A DNA stretch of 64,000 bases from assembly GCA_050084515.1 (NCBI GenBank), contig CM114271.1:30752001-30816000 (forward strand), read 5' to 3'. Within the stretch, counting starts at the first letter, position 1. The number at the start of each line of letters is the position of its first letter. Source of the stretch: Blasia pusilla. Taxonomy: Eukaryota. This document shows, piece after piece, positions 1 to 13,745 of this stretch. The notes beneath the pieces were generated by a model that worked only from the letters and a program-made list of their open reading frames with translations, was not told the origin of the DNA and did no database searches. The position numbers were made by a program, and so were the translations under genes.

Positions 1-469
1 ATTAATTGTTCACGTCTCCATTCGCATCCTATCGTTGAGAAGTACCTACATAATAACTTGCATTCTAAAGCCTCTGGAGTATGAATCGCCTTAGCACCTA
101 GATGTTACAAGAATATATGATAGTAGGAGAGAGAAAACTGATTAATTTGGACTAGCCGGGTAGGAAACAACAATTACAATAAGATTCTAGGGGTCGCCTT
201 TATCCCTAGGAGTTCAGAGGTCCCATATTACCCGACCTAGTAGTAGGGGACGTAATTAGCATTTAATCTATGACTTAGGCTTAATCTCTCCATACAAAAA
301 TTTTAATACTTATGAAGATATTTCCATTACTTATCTCTACCTACTCGTGGAATGAAGCTCACAAATATATAGTAAGATTGAAGACTATCATAGCTAGCTA
401 GCATTAGAACCCTTGGAGGCATCTATGAAGAAACTACAATTCCTACAAGAACCACATTCTCACACATAC

Positions 470-860
470 ACAACGCCTAAATGCAATCTAAAGAAATCAA
501 ACTTATCTATGATAGTTAGTGGCTTGGTGAAGATGTTAATCAATTACTGACACGTGTTCACATATGGAAATTCTCTTTCACCTACTAAAACCTTGTCTTC
601 AATGAAATGATAATGTGTATTTTGATCCTTAAATGAATACTAAAATTGGTTTCAAAATGAAAACTATGGATGTGATCTACAAATAGGGGAAAAAGAACTA
701 CATATTATAAGCTTATATCTATTCAAAAGAATACTCAATCAAACTCATAATGATGTTGATATTGTTGCTCATGTGTATTTATTTTCTATTGATGATATTG
801 CAATAGTCAATTATTTCTCCAAAGCCCTACCTTACCACATTACTTCCGATTCCAAACAAA
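470..860 (-). mobile_element. Ty1/copia pol (RNase H) remnant, degraded
   Basis: Minus-strand translation gives THYHFIEDKVLVGEREFPYVNTCQ*LINIFTKPLTIIDKFDFFRLHLG (copia RNase H end, HYHFIRE...QLADIFTKPL) and upstream LTIAISSIENKY (decayed ALSSTEAEY motif). Contains stops; boundaries approximate. Confidence 0.75.
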
Positions 861-1095
861 AATTTGAAACTAGATCTTTAAGCAAGAGTGCTCCCTACCT
901 AATGTAACTATTAAGAGCTGGATTCTAAATAATAAATATAAATTGAAATTTTAACTTCATATGTCATAGAATTCTTCTCATCGTATTAAGATTATTGATA
1001 TATTCAATAGCTAGAGATTTATCATGTAGATAATTACAATTATATTTAGACTTAGAGGTAAAAAAGTGATATGTAAAAGTTCAAGTACCTATGAG

Positions 1096-1473
1096 CACAT
1101 GGATCTCATAGCCTAGGAATTGAGGAAGGACGATGGTTTCATATTGATAGAAGTGAACGAATTTGTAGGTTATGTGACGGAGAAAATATTGAAGATGAAG
1201 AGCATGTGTTTGTTACATGTCCAAGGTATGAAGAAATTAGACTAGCTCATAAAATAGATGTGGAAAATTTCTATTCTTTAGTATAGCTAGTGCCTTATGA
1301 TTTAGGTTGTTATATTAGAGATGTCATTATTCATCGCTCAAGTGCTCTAGGCTGTAGTTAGGAGAAGATCTTTAGGATCTTTTTCTGGGTAAGTGAATGA
1401 ATGACTTGTAATGTGTTTTTCACCCTTTTGACCCTTTAGGTCCCACAGGCTTGATCTATTTACCATTTACCAT
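1096..1473 (+). mobile_element. 5'-truncated LINE 3' end (RTE-X-like), copy 1
   Basis: Translates SHSLGIEEGRWFHIDRSERICRLCDGENIEDEEHVFVTCPRYEEIR (C-terminal CxxC...H...C finger of non-LTR ORF2), followed by a 3' UTR and short (ATTTACC)n tail. Reverse-oriented homolog at 13251-13745. Confidence 0.75.
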
Positions 1474-2395
1474 ATTATCATCTAGGATAAGACAATAGGT
1501 CTTTGTATAGATTGTAGAGTCATGAGTGCTCTCTCATTCTCTTTGTGCAAATCCTTACTCTTATTTTTTATCCAAACCATCTCTCTACTTTGCATGAGAG
1601 TATAAGTCTTGGAGGGTTTGTAATGCCTGCATGATATCAAACCTTTAAAGAGTGTGAAGAATCCTTTGAATAGTGCTAGATTTCCAAGGATAGCAAGGGA
1701 AGGTTTTTGGAGAGGAGAATTTGACTCATTGAAGAAAATTATGCTTATGAAGCCAAAGCATTGTTTGAAGGCCAAGACTATCTTAAAAGACCAAAAACTT
1801 TGTGATCCATCAAAAATGTTCTCATTCATATATTCTATCTACTATGAAGATCTCATAGTTATTTTTATAAATTTTGGTGCCAAAATACACAACATCTAGG
1901 AATCAATAAGTTCTTTTTAAAAGAAAATTTTCATTTCAAAAAATTTGAAAGAATTTTCAAATTTTTGTAATATTTTGATATAAAAATAATTCAATAAAAT
2001 CTATGATATTTATTCAATAATCAACTATTTTTTCTCACGTTTCACGCTTTTACAAATTAAAAAATTTTGACTTCAATAATGTCTAAATTAATATAAATAA
2101 TAATGGGAGAGAAAATGGACTAAAATAATTATTTCATATGGAATTTCAAAATCAAGAATACTCTTCAATTGGCATCTATTGGAGCATATGTTATAGAGGA
2201 TGGAGGTGGTGGAGTGAATTTAAGGATTCAAGCGGATATTTATCATTCTATTGGACCATTGAATGCGGAGACGAGTGTTTCTCCACAATTTATTCAGATT
2301 TATATTCATGATGATGAGTATCAATTTGAACAAAGGAGAAAGATTATGAACAGAGACAATCATGATCGATTGAGGATTGATATCTTAAGAGGGTT

Positions 2396-3243
<848 letters not shown>

Positions 3244-6200
3244 ATTGCTAATTGCTTCGAAGATTGCCGCTATCTTGTCTAGAGACGGAAGTGAGCCTAG
3301 AGAAGGACTTGATATTCTTGTTCGTTTACATGGAGGAGGGATCCGTCAAATGTCTGACTTGAATAAGGCCTACATTCCATTGCATTTTGTATTGCCTTTT
3401 CTATATGGTGAAGTTGGTTCGCATCTTGGTATACCTACTCGGATGGGTGATCTTAGAGGCAGTGCGACAAGGAGAGGGCATGCTATGATGCAGGAAGATG
3501 GAGAATGAAAATGTTTACCATAATGTCCCTGAGGGAATGGAAGAAGAGCAAGTTCAAGGTGGTGAGAGGACTGATGAGGCAAGTTCAAAAATTGTCAGTG
3601 CTCCACAATTCACTTCATTTCGACTTCAAATGAGAGCTAACGCTCAAGATCATAACAGGTTATTGAGGTTTGGTCGTCTTACTCAAGAATATATGGTAGA
3701 TTTGTACGCAAGTATTGAGAAGCAAAGATTAACATGGATATGGTTACATCAAAAGGAGTTGAGCGCCAATTTATACCAAGGTATGAGAGATGCTATGATT
3801 GGACACGATAATGATGATGATACCATAGGGAGACGGGTCATTTTACCTTCCTTCTTTATTTTAGGACCTCGACGCATACATCAATTATATCATGATGCCA
3901 TGGCAAGTGTGAGACATTTTGGGAAGCTCGACTACTTTCTGACCATGACGTGCAACCTTAAGTCGCATGAGATTACTAGAGCTCTACTTCTTGGTCAAAG
4001 AACCTCCAATCATCCAGACTTAGTTATATGTATTCTCCAACAAAAAGAAGAAAGAGTTATCGAGGCTTATAATGGATAAGCATATTTTGGGATGAATGGT
4101 GGGATGTATTCATGTCGTGGAGTCTCAAAAGAGAGGTCTACCACATGTGTATATTCTGATTATTCTTGCCTTAGAGGATAAGCCAAGGACAACGTATTTT
4201 AATGATATTATATCTGATGAGATTCTTGATTTGACTACTCATCCGAAACTTCATGTAGCTGTAAGAAATTGTATGATACATGGACCATGTGGAGTACTTC
4301 ATCCTAATGCACCGTGTACAGATAAAATAACAAAATTTGTTCAAAGGGCTACCCCAAGTGTTTTACCTCCATGAAAATGGAGAATGAGGATAGATATCCT
4401 ATTTATAAGCGATAATCTTGTTGACATTTGTTTGAATTTTAAAAATATTATAGCAATATAATTTTTGAAGTTTCTTTTAAGTACTTTTTGTAGTATTTTA
4501 TATATTTATGTTTATATAGTTGTGATAATGGTAGGTCGATTCACAAGTCGAATCATGACTTTGATAATCGTTAGGTGGTTCCGTATAATTTGATATCATA
4601 TAACTTTTTTGATTGTCACAACAATTCAGAGATTATAAATAGCATATTGGGTGTGAAGTGTGTATAGAAGGGATTAGATGTCGTATATATCCTACACATT
4701 GACAAAAAATACAACTACTAGAGATATTATTGATGAGACATTGTTATATCTTGATACAAGGTAATTGAATTTCTATTTTTGTTAGATTTTTTCAATTATT
4801 TTTTAATATTGAAAGTTTAAACTCTGACTACGTCTAGTTTTTTTGTTTTTCAAGGTATGTTTCTTCTTCAGAAGCTTGTTGGAGAATCTTCAAGTTTTGT
4901 CTACATGGTGAGCAACCAAGTATTGTACGATGGATTGTTCATCTCCTAGATAGCCAGATGATAAGGTAAATTTGGTCTTGCCTTGGACATTCAAACTATT
5001 AATATTGCTTTATTAGAGATCCATTACCATCTTCAAGATCATGGTAAAAGTATGGCAGATTTTCTGGACATGCCTCAACCTGACGTTTTTACGCGGGATT
5101 TATCGATCTCGTGCTTAGAGAAGAAGAGTTTTGCTATGATTGTCAAGTGCATGCTGATCGTGTTCAACAAGGAGAGAGCTCATTGAATAATGGACAAGAA
5201 GTTATATGGGATGTTTTCCATCTTTTCTTTGAGGATGTGTTAAATGATATATGCGCCTCCTTCTGTAAGTGCATGTTATATATGTTATGCTCTTTGAAGT
5301 TTTTCTTCTTAATTTTTGTCTTTTGAATCTCTTGTGGCTAATTTGGGTGCTTTAAGGCAAATTTATTCTTCATAGATTGGATGGTCCAGTTAGTACGGGA
5401 AAAACATTCCTTTAGAATCTTCACCTTGCTAGCATGCGTAGCAAGGATTATATTGCTCTTGCAGTTGCGTCTTCTGGTATTGCCACTTTGTTAATGGATG
5501 AAGGTTGTAGCGCTTATTCTCAATTCAAGATTCCAATTCACATACATGAATTATCCACTTGCAAGTAAGTTTATGCTAAAGATCTTGCTATGACTTTGCT
5601 TTATTTCTAAGATTGAAGTTTATGTTCATTGTTTATTATTATTTTAATATATATTGTGTATAATATTTCTTATTTTTTATTTCTTATGTGTTTTCTAACT
5701 TATCGATTAATAGTGATATCGCAGGTCTCATAAAAAATGAAAAGTTGATCGTATAGGATGAAGCTCGTATGAGGTACCGTCATGCTTTTGAGGCTGTTAA
5801 TCATATTTTCCAAGATATTATGGGTTTGGTGGATCGTCTACTACAGGATTAAACTTTTGGGGGGCAATATATATTTATATTTTGCGATGACTTCCGAAAA
5901 CTTCTCCCGGTTGTATGTCATGGTCATCGGCCTACTGTTGTGCGTGCAACCCTTAGAAGATCTCTTATGTGGTATTATGTGAGAATAATGAAACTGACTA
6001 CCAACATGAGAGTGAATCGTTTTATAATAAGGTAATAATGATTGAACCTTATGTTCTTGCTTTTCCTATCTTATGTATTTCTTATTAAGATGTACTCATT
6101 TTCTTTTGTTAAATTTTGTTTAGGAAAAGAACAGCATGAGCAAGAACGATTTGCAAACTAGCTATTGAAGATTGGCGAGGGTCAAATACCATTGCATTTT

Positions 6201-8003
6201 GAGGTTTCAGATGATTTTATAAGAATTCTTGATGGGATGATTGTTAAGGGCCACAAACTTAATGATTTGATCGATATTGTCTATGGACGTAATATTGATA
6301 AGTGGAATGATATTGAAGTCTTGAAGGATACATCTATTCTTACAACAAAGGATACTACCATAGATATTATCAATGTTGAAATTATGTCGCAATTTCCAAA
6401 AGAGGTAATTCTTATATTTCATTCATGTCATCAATTTAAATGAAACGATGGCACTATATGTTTCCTTTTGATTCTAATAATTATTTCTATTTCAGAAGCA
6501 CCTTTTGTAAAGTGCGAATTCAATAATTGACGATGGGAAGAGGATGGTATACCCAACAGAAATTTTGAATATATGTTTGCCATCAGAACTACCACCACAT
6601 TACTTAAAATGAAGATTGGAGCTCCGATCATGTTATTACGGAATATGAATGGAGCAAAGGGACAAGAAAACGTGACTCGCTTGGTGATTTTTGGATTTGG
6701 TCGACATATTATAGATGTTGTAATTATGATAAATAAAAATATTGGAGTTCGAGTGTTGATTGCATATGATTTAGGGTTACCTTTTGATTTACGAAGATTT
6801 CAATTTCCTATTCGTCCAACTTTTACAATGACGATTAATAAGTCTCAAGGTCAAACATTAGAGAGAGTTGGCATTTACTTGCTAAATCTTGTATTTTCTC
6901 ATGGTAAATGATATGTTGCGCCATTTAGAGTAGGTTTTAGCAACTCAATTCATATGATGATTGATAGTCAAAATCCACCAAACAAAGATGGTGTTTATAC
7001 TAGAAATATTGTATATCATGAAGTGTTACATTAAAAAATAAAACGTACAGTTACGAATTTTTTTCTTCTGATGACAATATTCTATTTCTATTTTGACTAT
7101 AAAAATTGACATATCATATTCTATTAAAATAAAATAAAGATTCTATATTTATCATTGTAAAATTTGACGCTGGTACATCGCCCGGGCATTCTTATTAGTT
7201 TTTATGAATCGCACAAAGAAAAAAATCTACCAATTGTAAAACCTGGGGCCACATTTGAAAATTCCCAGCAAAATGCAACCGGTATGCCACCTTTGGGAGG
7301 AGGGAGAGAAATTAGTTAGTGAACTCAAGACATGTGAATAAGCTCCATGATGAGAAAAGAAAATTGAGAGTATATGTAGGGGCTATAAGTAATACCACCA
7401 CTAGTCTATAACACATGCTACGCAAGGTCAATTCAAGCCTCTTTTCATGGGACCCCGCTTGAATCCAAGACTTGCGGACATGTAGGGGGCAACGATCGGG
7501 GAGATCCAAGGTTACGAGTAATGCTAGCCGGTTAAATTTGAGAATTTCCCATTGATTTTAAAATTGCCTACGAAAAACCCGCGGGATTTGAGCAGGTCCC
7601 TTGTTTATCGAATCTCAAAACCGGTTGGAAACCCGGAATTACCGTTTCCGGTCGGACATTCCTGGCGATAAAGCGGTCCCGTGGAAAAACTTCCGGAAGG
7701 TGGGAGAGTGTCCATCGTCACGATCTCCTGAACAATAAAATAAATAAATAACTCAGTCTGTTATCCATCCAGATACCCACGGTTAAATTAGCTTGACCTA
7801 GGCTCAAACAATGCAAGCGACAATGTCCCACACCCTCCTCGCTCACTCACATGCACGGACAGCAAATAAGACCGAAACTTGGGTCCTAACCAACCAACAA
7901 CGTCCGCGTGGACATGAGCACCGAGAAGCACGCGATGAGTCTTTGCGTTGCCTGCCGCCTACCAGCGCTCCTGATTCCCGAAAACGAGCGCACCGCGACA
8001 GCT

Positions 8004-8643
8004 TTACACCGCACAGCGCAGTGCTAATCTTGGAGCCGGGTCCAGACGGATCTGTAACGGTGGCAGGTGTCGACAATGCCGCAACTGCCCTGTGTTGCGA
8101 CTCCCCATTACTAGGGAGGGGCCTTGCCTCCTTTCCGAAAGCTGCGGGAATCGGGCATCCCCCAGCTCGCGTCCGGTGAGTTCTGGGCGCACACTCTCAA
8201 CCTTGGGCGGACGTCGTCTCGCTCGCTCGCTCGCGTACGCCGAGTTATGGGCTCGATTACACACATCCTGTGTCAGAATCTGCTAGTTCGGTGGTAAAGC
8301 GCGACATGTTTCACCTCTAGCTTCTTGTTACCTGGGGACGCACGGGGGAATCAGCCTGTTGACGGATTGCATCGAGGACATTCAGAAAGCCCGTCACGCG
8401 CAAACTTCCTCGCCGTGGCCGAACGTGCAGACTACCGATGACGTCTCGAGCTTCCGATTGCCGACTCTCCTCGTCAACGAGACCGCACACCAGGTGGGCC
8501 CTGCCTTTCGTATGCATCAAGCTCCTCGAATGAATGCGCTTCGAGTCCTGCGCAGGTAGGTTGGTCGGTTCTTCACGCATGCCTAGTCTCTTCTCCTCTA
8601 TCTCTCTGTTGCTACCACTTCTTTCGCCGGCGTCCTCCCTCAT
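8004..8643 (-). CDS. Possible spliced orphan ORF in a GC-rich island; function unknown
   Basis: ORF 8317-8667 joins in frame to ORF 8004-8264 through a candidate 64-nt intron 8331-8268 (CAG|GTAACA ... CTGACACAG|GAT). Region is CpG-rich; TGGGCC and telo-box-like motifs lie upstream (8941-9033). No recognisable domain. Confidence 0.2.
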
Positions 8644-9534
8644 GCGGAGCTCCTCGGACGCAATCAAAACGAAATCGAAACTGAACCACTGCCGGCTTCA
8701 AGCGTTCATTCAACCTCTGCAGACCGCTAATTCCATTTCACCCAGAAGTCCGAGCGTGGTCATCACACTTCGGCACGTACGCATCTCCAGGCTCTCGCAT
8801 CCTCTAACATGGGAACTTCCCCCAGACTCTTGTATGCTCGGGCCGCGAAGCCATCCACACCAGTAACTCTTCATGTCCGCACCCGGACATGAAGAGTTAC
8901 TGAGATTGCCCTGAGACTGGTTTCCCTTTCCGTATTCCGTATTAGGGTAATCCGTAGTCCAAGCACCATGCAACCCTAACGCCAATCTGAAGATTAGTTT
9001 TTCTTTTATTTTATGGGGGTGTGCACGGGCCCATTCAACTCGGTGGTTTATATTTACATATAACTAGTGGCAGATCGTGCATGCCCAGGGCTAATGATGT
9101 TGGGCATGAAATATATATTTTTTCTGTCGGGAGGAGGAAATATTGAAGGGTTTTAATGATGTTGGACATGAAATGTCGACATGGTCGATAGAAGGACAAT
9201 TTTTTTTGTCCGTTATCATATTTCAATTAAGACAAATTTTTTTGTCCGTTATTTTCCAGTAATAATATAGATTAAATTATGGAGTTATACAAACTCTCAT
9301 CTTGTGACACCTCTCCTTTTAAAGCATTTCTATTTTGACCTTTGGGGGTAATTATAATTAGACGGAAAATAAATCTCTATCATCTAAGCATCTCTAGTGC
9401 ATAAATATATACTAGTATTTCTAGAGATCAAGTTTGGGAGCAATAGAAAATTTCTTTTGATTTTTTTCTCTAATCTATGCTATTATTGCCTACTTTATTT
9501 TCAATGTTAAAATTGCTCTTTCTAGTGGTAATTT

Positions 9535-9819
9535 TAGCCCGCACATGCTCGACACGGGCCTACACAGGCCTTGGGCGGGCTAGTGTGCGTCTTGTGCGGG
9601 CCAATGCAGACTAGGGAGGGCTCAAAGTAGGGCAATTCGGGCTAGAAAACGGGTGGCAAAAATTAATGTTGGGTTGTTGGATTTGGTTGCGGGCAGGCCA
9701 AGTCTAAGTTTACGTTGCGTGTGGGATGGGCCTAGGGAACCCATGCCCCCGCACGGACATGTCATTCCTAAAGACGGACGTAAGTGCACGGACACAAATT
9801 TTGTCCGTGTGCAACCTTG
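9535..9819 (-). mobile_element. End of a hAT-like non-autonomous element
   Basis: Reverse complement starts CAAGGTTGCACACGGACAAA and continues to GACATGTCCGTGCGGG, matching the left end of the element at 46914. Confidence 0.5.
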
Positions 9820-12751
9820 GGACAATTAAAGAAATATCACAAGCATACCCATAATATCCTCTTAAGATGAAATGTATGGTGGGAAATTTATTTAATGACT
9901 TGAAAATTTTATCGTTTAGTGGCATATGAAATTTTTTTTTGTGTAAATTTATATTATTACTAAGATGTTTATGCATATTCTAGTAATTTTACTATTTCTT
10001 ATAACATATAACTTCGAATTTTCATACGGTTTGAAAGACGCAATTTTACTATCTAAGATTACGTGATCATCTTTCAAAAATTTGGATATTATCAACATCA
10101 TAGTAGAAACTATGCCCCATCTTCCTACTAGTTTTTCAGAGAATATAACTTCTTTTTTTTGGAAATACTTCTTTATCGACACATAGGGCAATAAGAGAAA
10201 AACTTTTAAAAAAGGAGAAATAATTTACTTATTTTTATCTGGATGACATAATCATCGGTCTTGTGCATAGCACAAACTTCACAAGAGTGAATTCTAATAA
10301 ATATTCTATTAAAAATTTATTAAGATCTTATCCTATGTAATTTCACAAGGAGAAGGCTTTTTCAAGTTGTAATAAAGTTTTTTCTCACGCATCATCAAAA
10401 TATTTCATTCATGTGAATCTTAATTTTTTGTAAAATATAAACTCTAAACTATTATTTCATGGATGCGTTTTTCTTTGTCTTAATATAATTAAAATATGTT
10501 AGAAGAGTTTATGGAGGAAAAGAGAAAATTATTGAATCTTTTGCATAGATGGGATAACCCCATTGCTCTTAGCCAATCTATTCATGGATATGTGTCTTTG
10601 GTTTAGAAGTGAAGGTGTGGATAGTTATAAATATGACCAATCAAATTTGGATATTTTCTTTTCGATATCACTTAAATTTATTTAAAATATTTTTTTAAAT
10701 TTTGATATAAATCTAAAAATGACATAGTGGTAAGAACTAGTAAAATCCTTTTAGAGTTTGTCTCCATATTCTTTTACATAGTGTTGGAAGTATATAAGAG
10801 CCTTTGAAACAATTATTTCAATCTTATTTACAAGATTAAGAATAAAGGGGAAAAAAACCACTTCCTCCATTTTGGGGAAAAAGATTTCCCTCCTAAATTT
10901 TCCGTTTTTTAAAATTTTAAGGAAATTCAATCTTCTTGTACTTTAATTTCTGAAATCTCTCTCTTCATTTTCATATTTATAAATTCCACTTTCTACCCTT
11001 CTCCCATCATAATCAATACTTGCTAAGAATAATTATAAAAAATAGTAACAACTCATTGGAATTTGAAGTATGCTAGGTATATTTTTATTTATAGATAAAT
11101 ATCTTTTTTTCACCATTAAATAATATCCCAATTCTATAAAAATATGATTTTTATAGATAGATTTTTATCCCAATTCTATAAAAATCAACCAGTGTGTGGC
11201 CTCTGCGACGGGTGGAGAAAAGAATAATTAATACATACGTGCATAGGAAACGTGGATAGTCTAGATGGCGAGGAAAAAAAACGAGAGGAACTTGTAGAGG
11301 CCGTAAATATTATTCAAATTATGAAAGGTATATACCAAAGTCACTTTCTCTCATGCACATTTTGGAAATCTAGCTCTCCTCATGCTCGATTAGTTTGCTC
11401 TCTTGTCCAAGTACTTTATAATATTAGAAGATAAGCCCATGCAAAAAACAAACCAAAGAAAAAGAAAAACTTCTTATCTTCATTTTAAGAATATTTCAAA
11501 CTTATTTCCCTTCTCTCATTCTCTCATTCTCTCCCTCTCTCAACTTATTCTTCATTTTTTACTATATACTTTCTTCCTTCATTTAAAAAAGCATCCGATT
11601 TTTTCTTAATTTTACTTTTAACAATAATCATCTGTTGATGGAATATAAATTATTTGAGATTGATCTATTAAAAAAATCCATATTTCCGTGAGATCTATGC
11701 AAGAAGAATCATTAAAATTAAATATCTAAATAAATTAACTTCTAAATCTTTAATAATTACGTGAGATACATCAATTCTTGACTTTATTAACCAAAAAAAT
11801 AAAGAATTGGTATCTAAATAAACTAATAAAAGTCCATGAAAATTCATGATAAAGCTTCACTACTTTGGTAATCCCTAAGCAAGTGATTTGGGAGGAATAA
11901 GGAATTAATAGATTAGTGAAGACATAGTGAAAGGAGATAAATTAGTGAAGATAATGAGAAAAATATATTGCGAATCTCCAAATACATAGGACTTTTAACT
12001 ACTTGCATCCAAAGGTGAGTGTGAATATACATGTATTGTCATCCTAAATTTCTAAAGGAGAGAACCATACTAAAAAATGATTCTTAGAGTTTGGATTATA
12101 ATTCACTTCATAATGATGTAATACATGAGATCGTAGCTTTCCCAAGGCCTACAATCCAATTGAGCACATGTACTTTCTAATAAAGACTTATATTTTATGT
12201 GTGGTTGCAACATCACACGTAACAATGACAACACATATGTTATATAAGAACTACTAATATGTACCTAAGTGATTATGTCATGCACAATCCTCTTTTCATG
12301 ATTCCCATCCGTTGTTTCAGACTAAAATGGATCATAAATGTTCAAAGATTTTGTTTTATGACACATCTGAAGGCGAGAAGAAACAGTCTAAGAAACCAAT
12401 CCTCCCACAAGTATATTGATATGAATTTTTTATTTCTCCAATACGTCCAATATTTAACAATAGTTTAGAGTCTATACTATGCATGAAGTTAACAATTAAA
12501 ATGCCTATAAGAATATTTTATTATTTCCTATCTTGTTAAAATTATTTCTTGTTGCCCCATTCTCACATGTCTAAGAGGTTTCTTGAAATCAAGAAACCAT
12601 CCTTCCTTGATATTATAGATTTTTAAAAATTTGTGGGTAAATATTTTCTTCGAGTTTCTAAGGTTCTCTTAAATTTTTACGTTCAAATTTGGAACAAAAA
12701 TATTAATTAGCTTCTCATTTTTTAGATTACCCTCATAAATACTTCATTATT

Positions 12752-13109
12752 CATAACATACTTGAGGGATATTCAAAGAAATTCTCCCAAAAATAATATT
12801 TTAAGAAAATATTGCACTTAAAATTTTGGATATCTATCTTGTAAAAGCCTTTTATTCATCTTGATGTTATGTATCACGGTCTTGTGGGTTTTTGAGAGGA
12901 GAAAATATATAAAAGTAATGTAACTTCTATTTATTTTATATTATTTACAACATAATTTAGGGATGTCCAAAGATATTTTCCCAAAAATAATGTTTTAAGA
13001 AAATTTTGTACTTAAAATTTTGGATATCCATCCTCTAAAAGCCTTTAATTGATCTTGATGTTATGCATCAGGATCTTGTGGGTTTTGGAGAGGAGAAGAT
13101 ATATAGAAG
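12752..13109. repeat. Diverged tandem duplication, period ~194 bp
   Basis: ATTCTCCCAAAAATAATATTTTAAGAAAA...GAGAGGAGAAAATATAT at 12781 recurs with substitutions at 12975. Confidence 0.85.
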
Positions 13110-13250
13110 GAATTTTACAATCTTCCTAATTATTGAATTTTGGATAGAACAAAATAGAACTTTACTGTAAATAAAAATGAGATGATCTAGAAAAAAAATT
13201 TTGGAAAAATTCTTATCCCATGATTAATTTCTAGATAAAAAATATTCTAC

Positions 13251-13745
13251 ATGGTAAATGGTAAATAGATAAGCCCGTGGGACCCAAAGGGTCAAAAGGG
13301 TGAAAAACACATTGCAAGTCATTCATTCACTGACCTTGAAAAATATCCTAAAGACCTTCTCGTAGCTACTGCCTAGAGCACTTGAACGATGAATAATAAC
13401 AACGTCCCTAATATAACAACCTAAATCATAAGGCACTAGCTGTAGTAAATAATAGAAATGCTCCACATATATTTTATGAGCTAGTCTAATCTCTTCATAT
13501 CTTGGACATGTAATAAACACATGCTCTTCATCCTCAATATTTTCTCCGTCACATAACCTACAAATTTGTTCACTTCTATCAATATTAAACCATCATCATT
13601 TCTCAATTCCTAGCCTATGATACCATGTTCGATGTCGTGAGATAATATGACGTAAGAACGTGGAGATCCTTGCAAATAGGTATCCTTGTTCACAATATAC
13701 AAGCATAGGATTAACATGAAGTTAATAAAACTCCATTTTGGTGTC
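13251..13745 (-). mobile_element. 5'-truncated LINE 3' end (RTE-X-like), copy 2
   Basis: Reverse-complement homolog of 1096-1473 with the same tail repeat; extends further 5' (RHIISRHRTWYHRLGIE...ICRLC). Confidence 0.75.

Noticed and set aside
7507-9819. Single hAT element bounded by CAAGGTT...AACCTTG
   Set aside because: 8-bp flanks GGGAGATC and GGACAATT do not form a TSD and the TIR match is short; kept only as a hypothesis.
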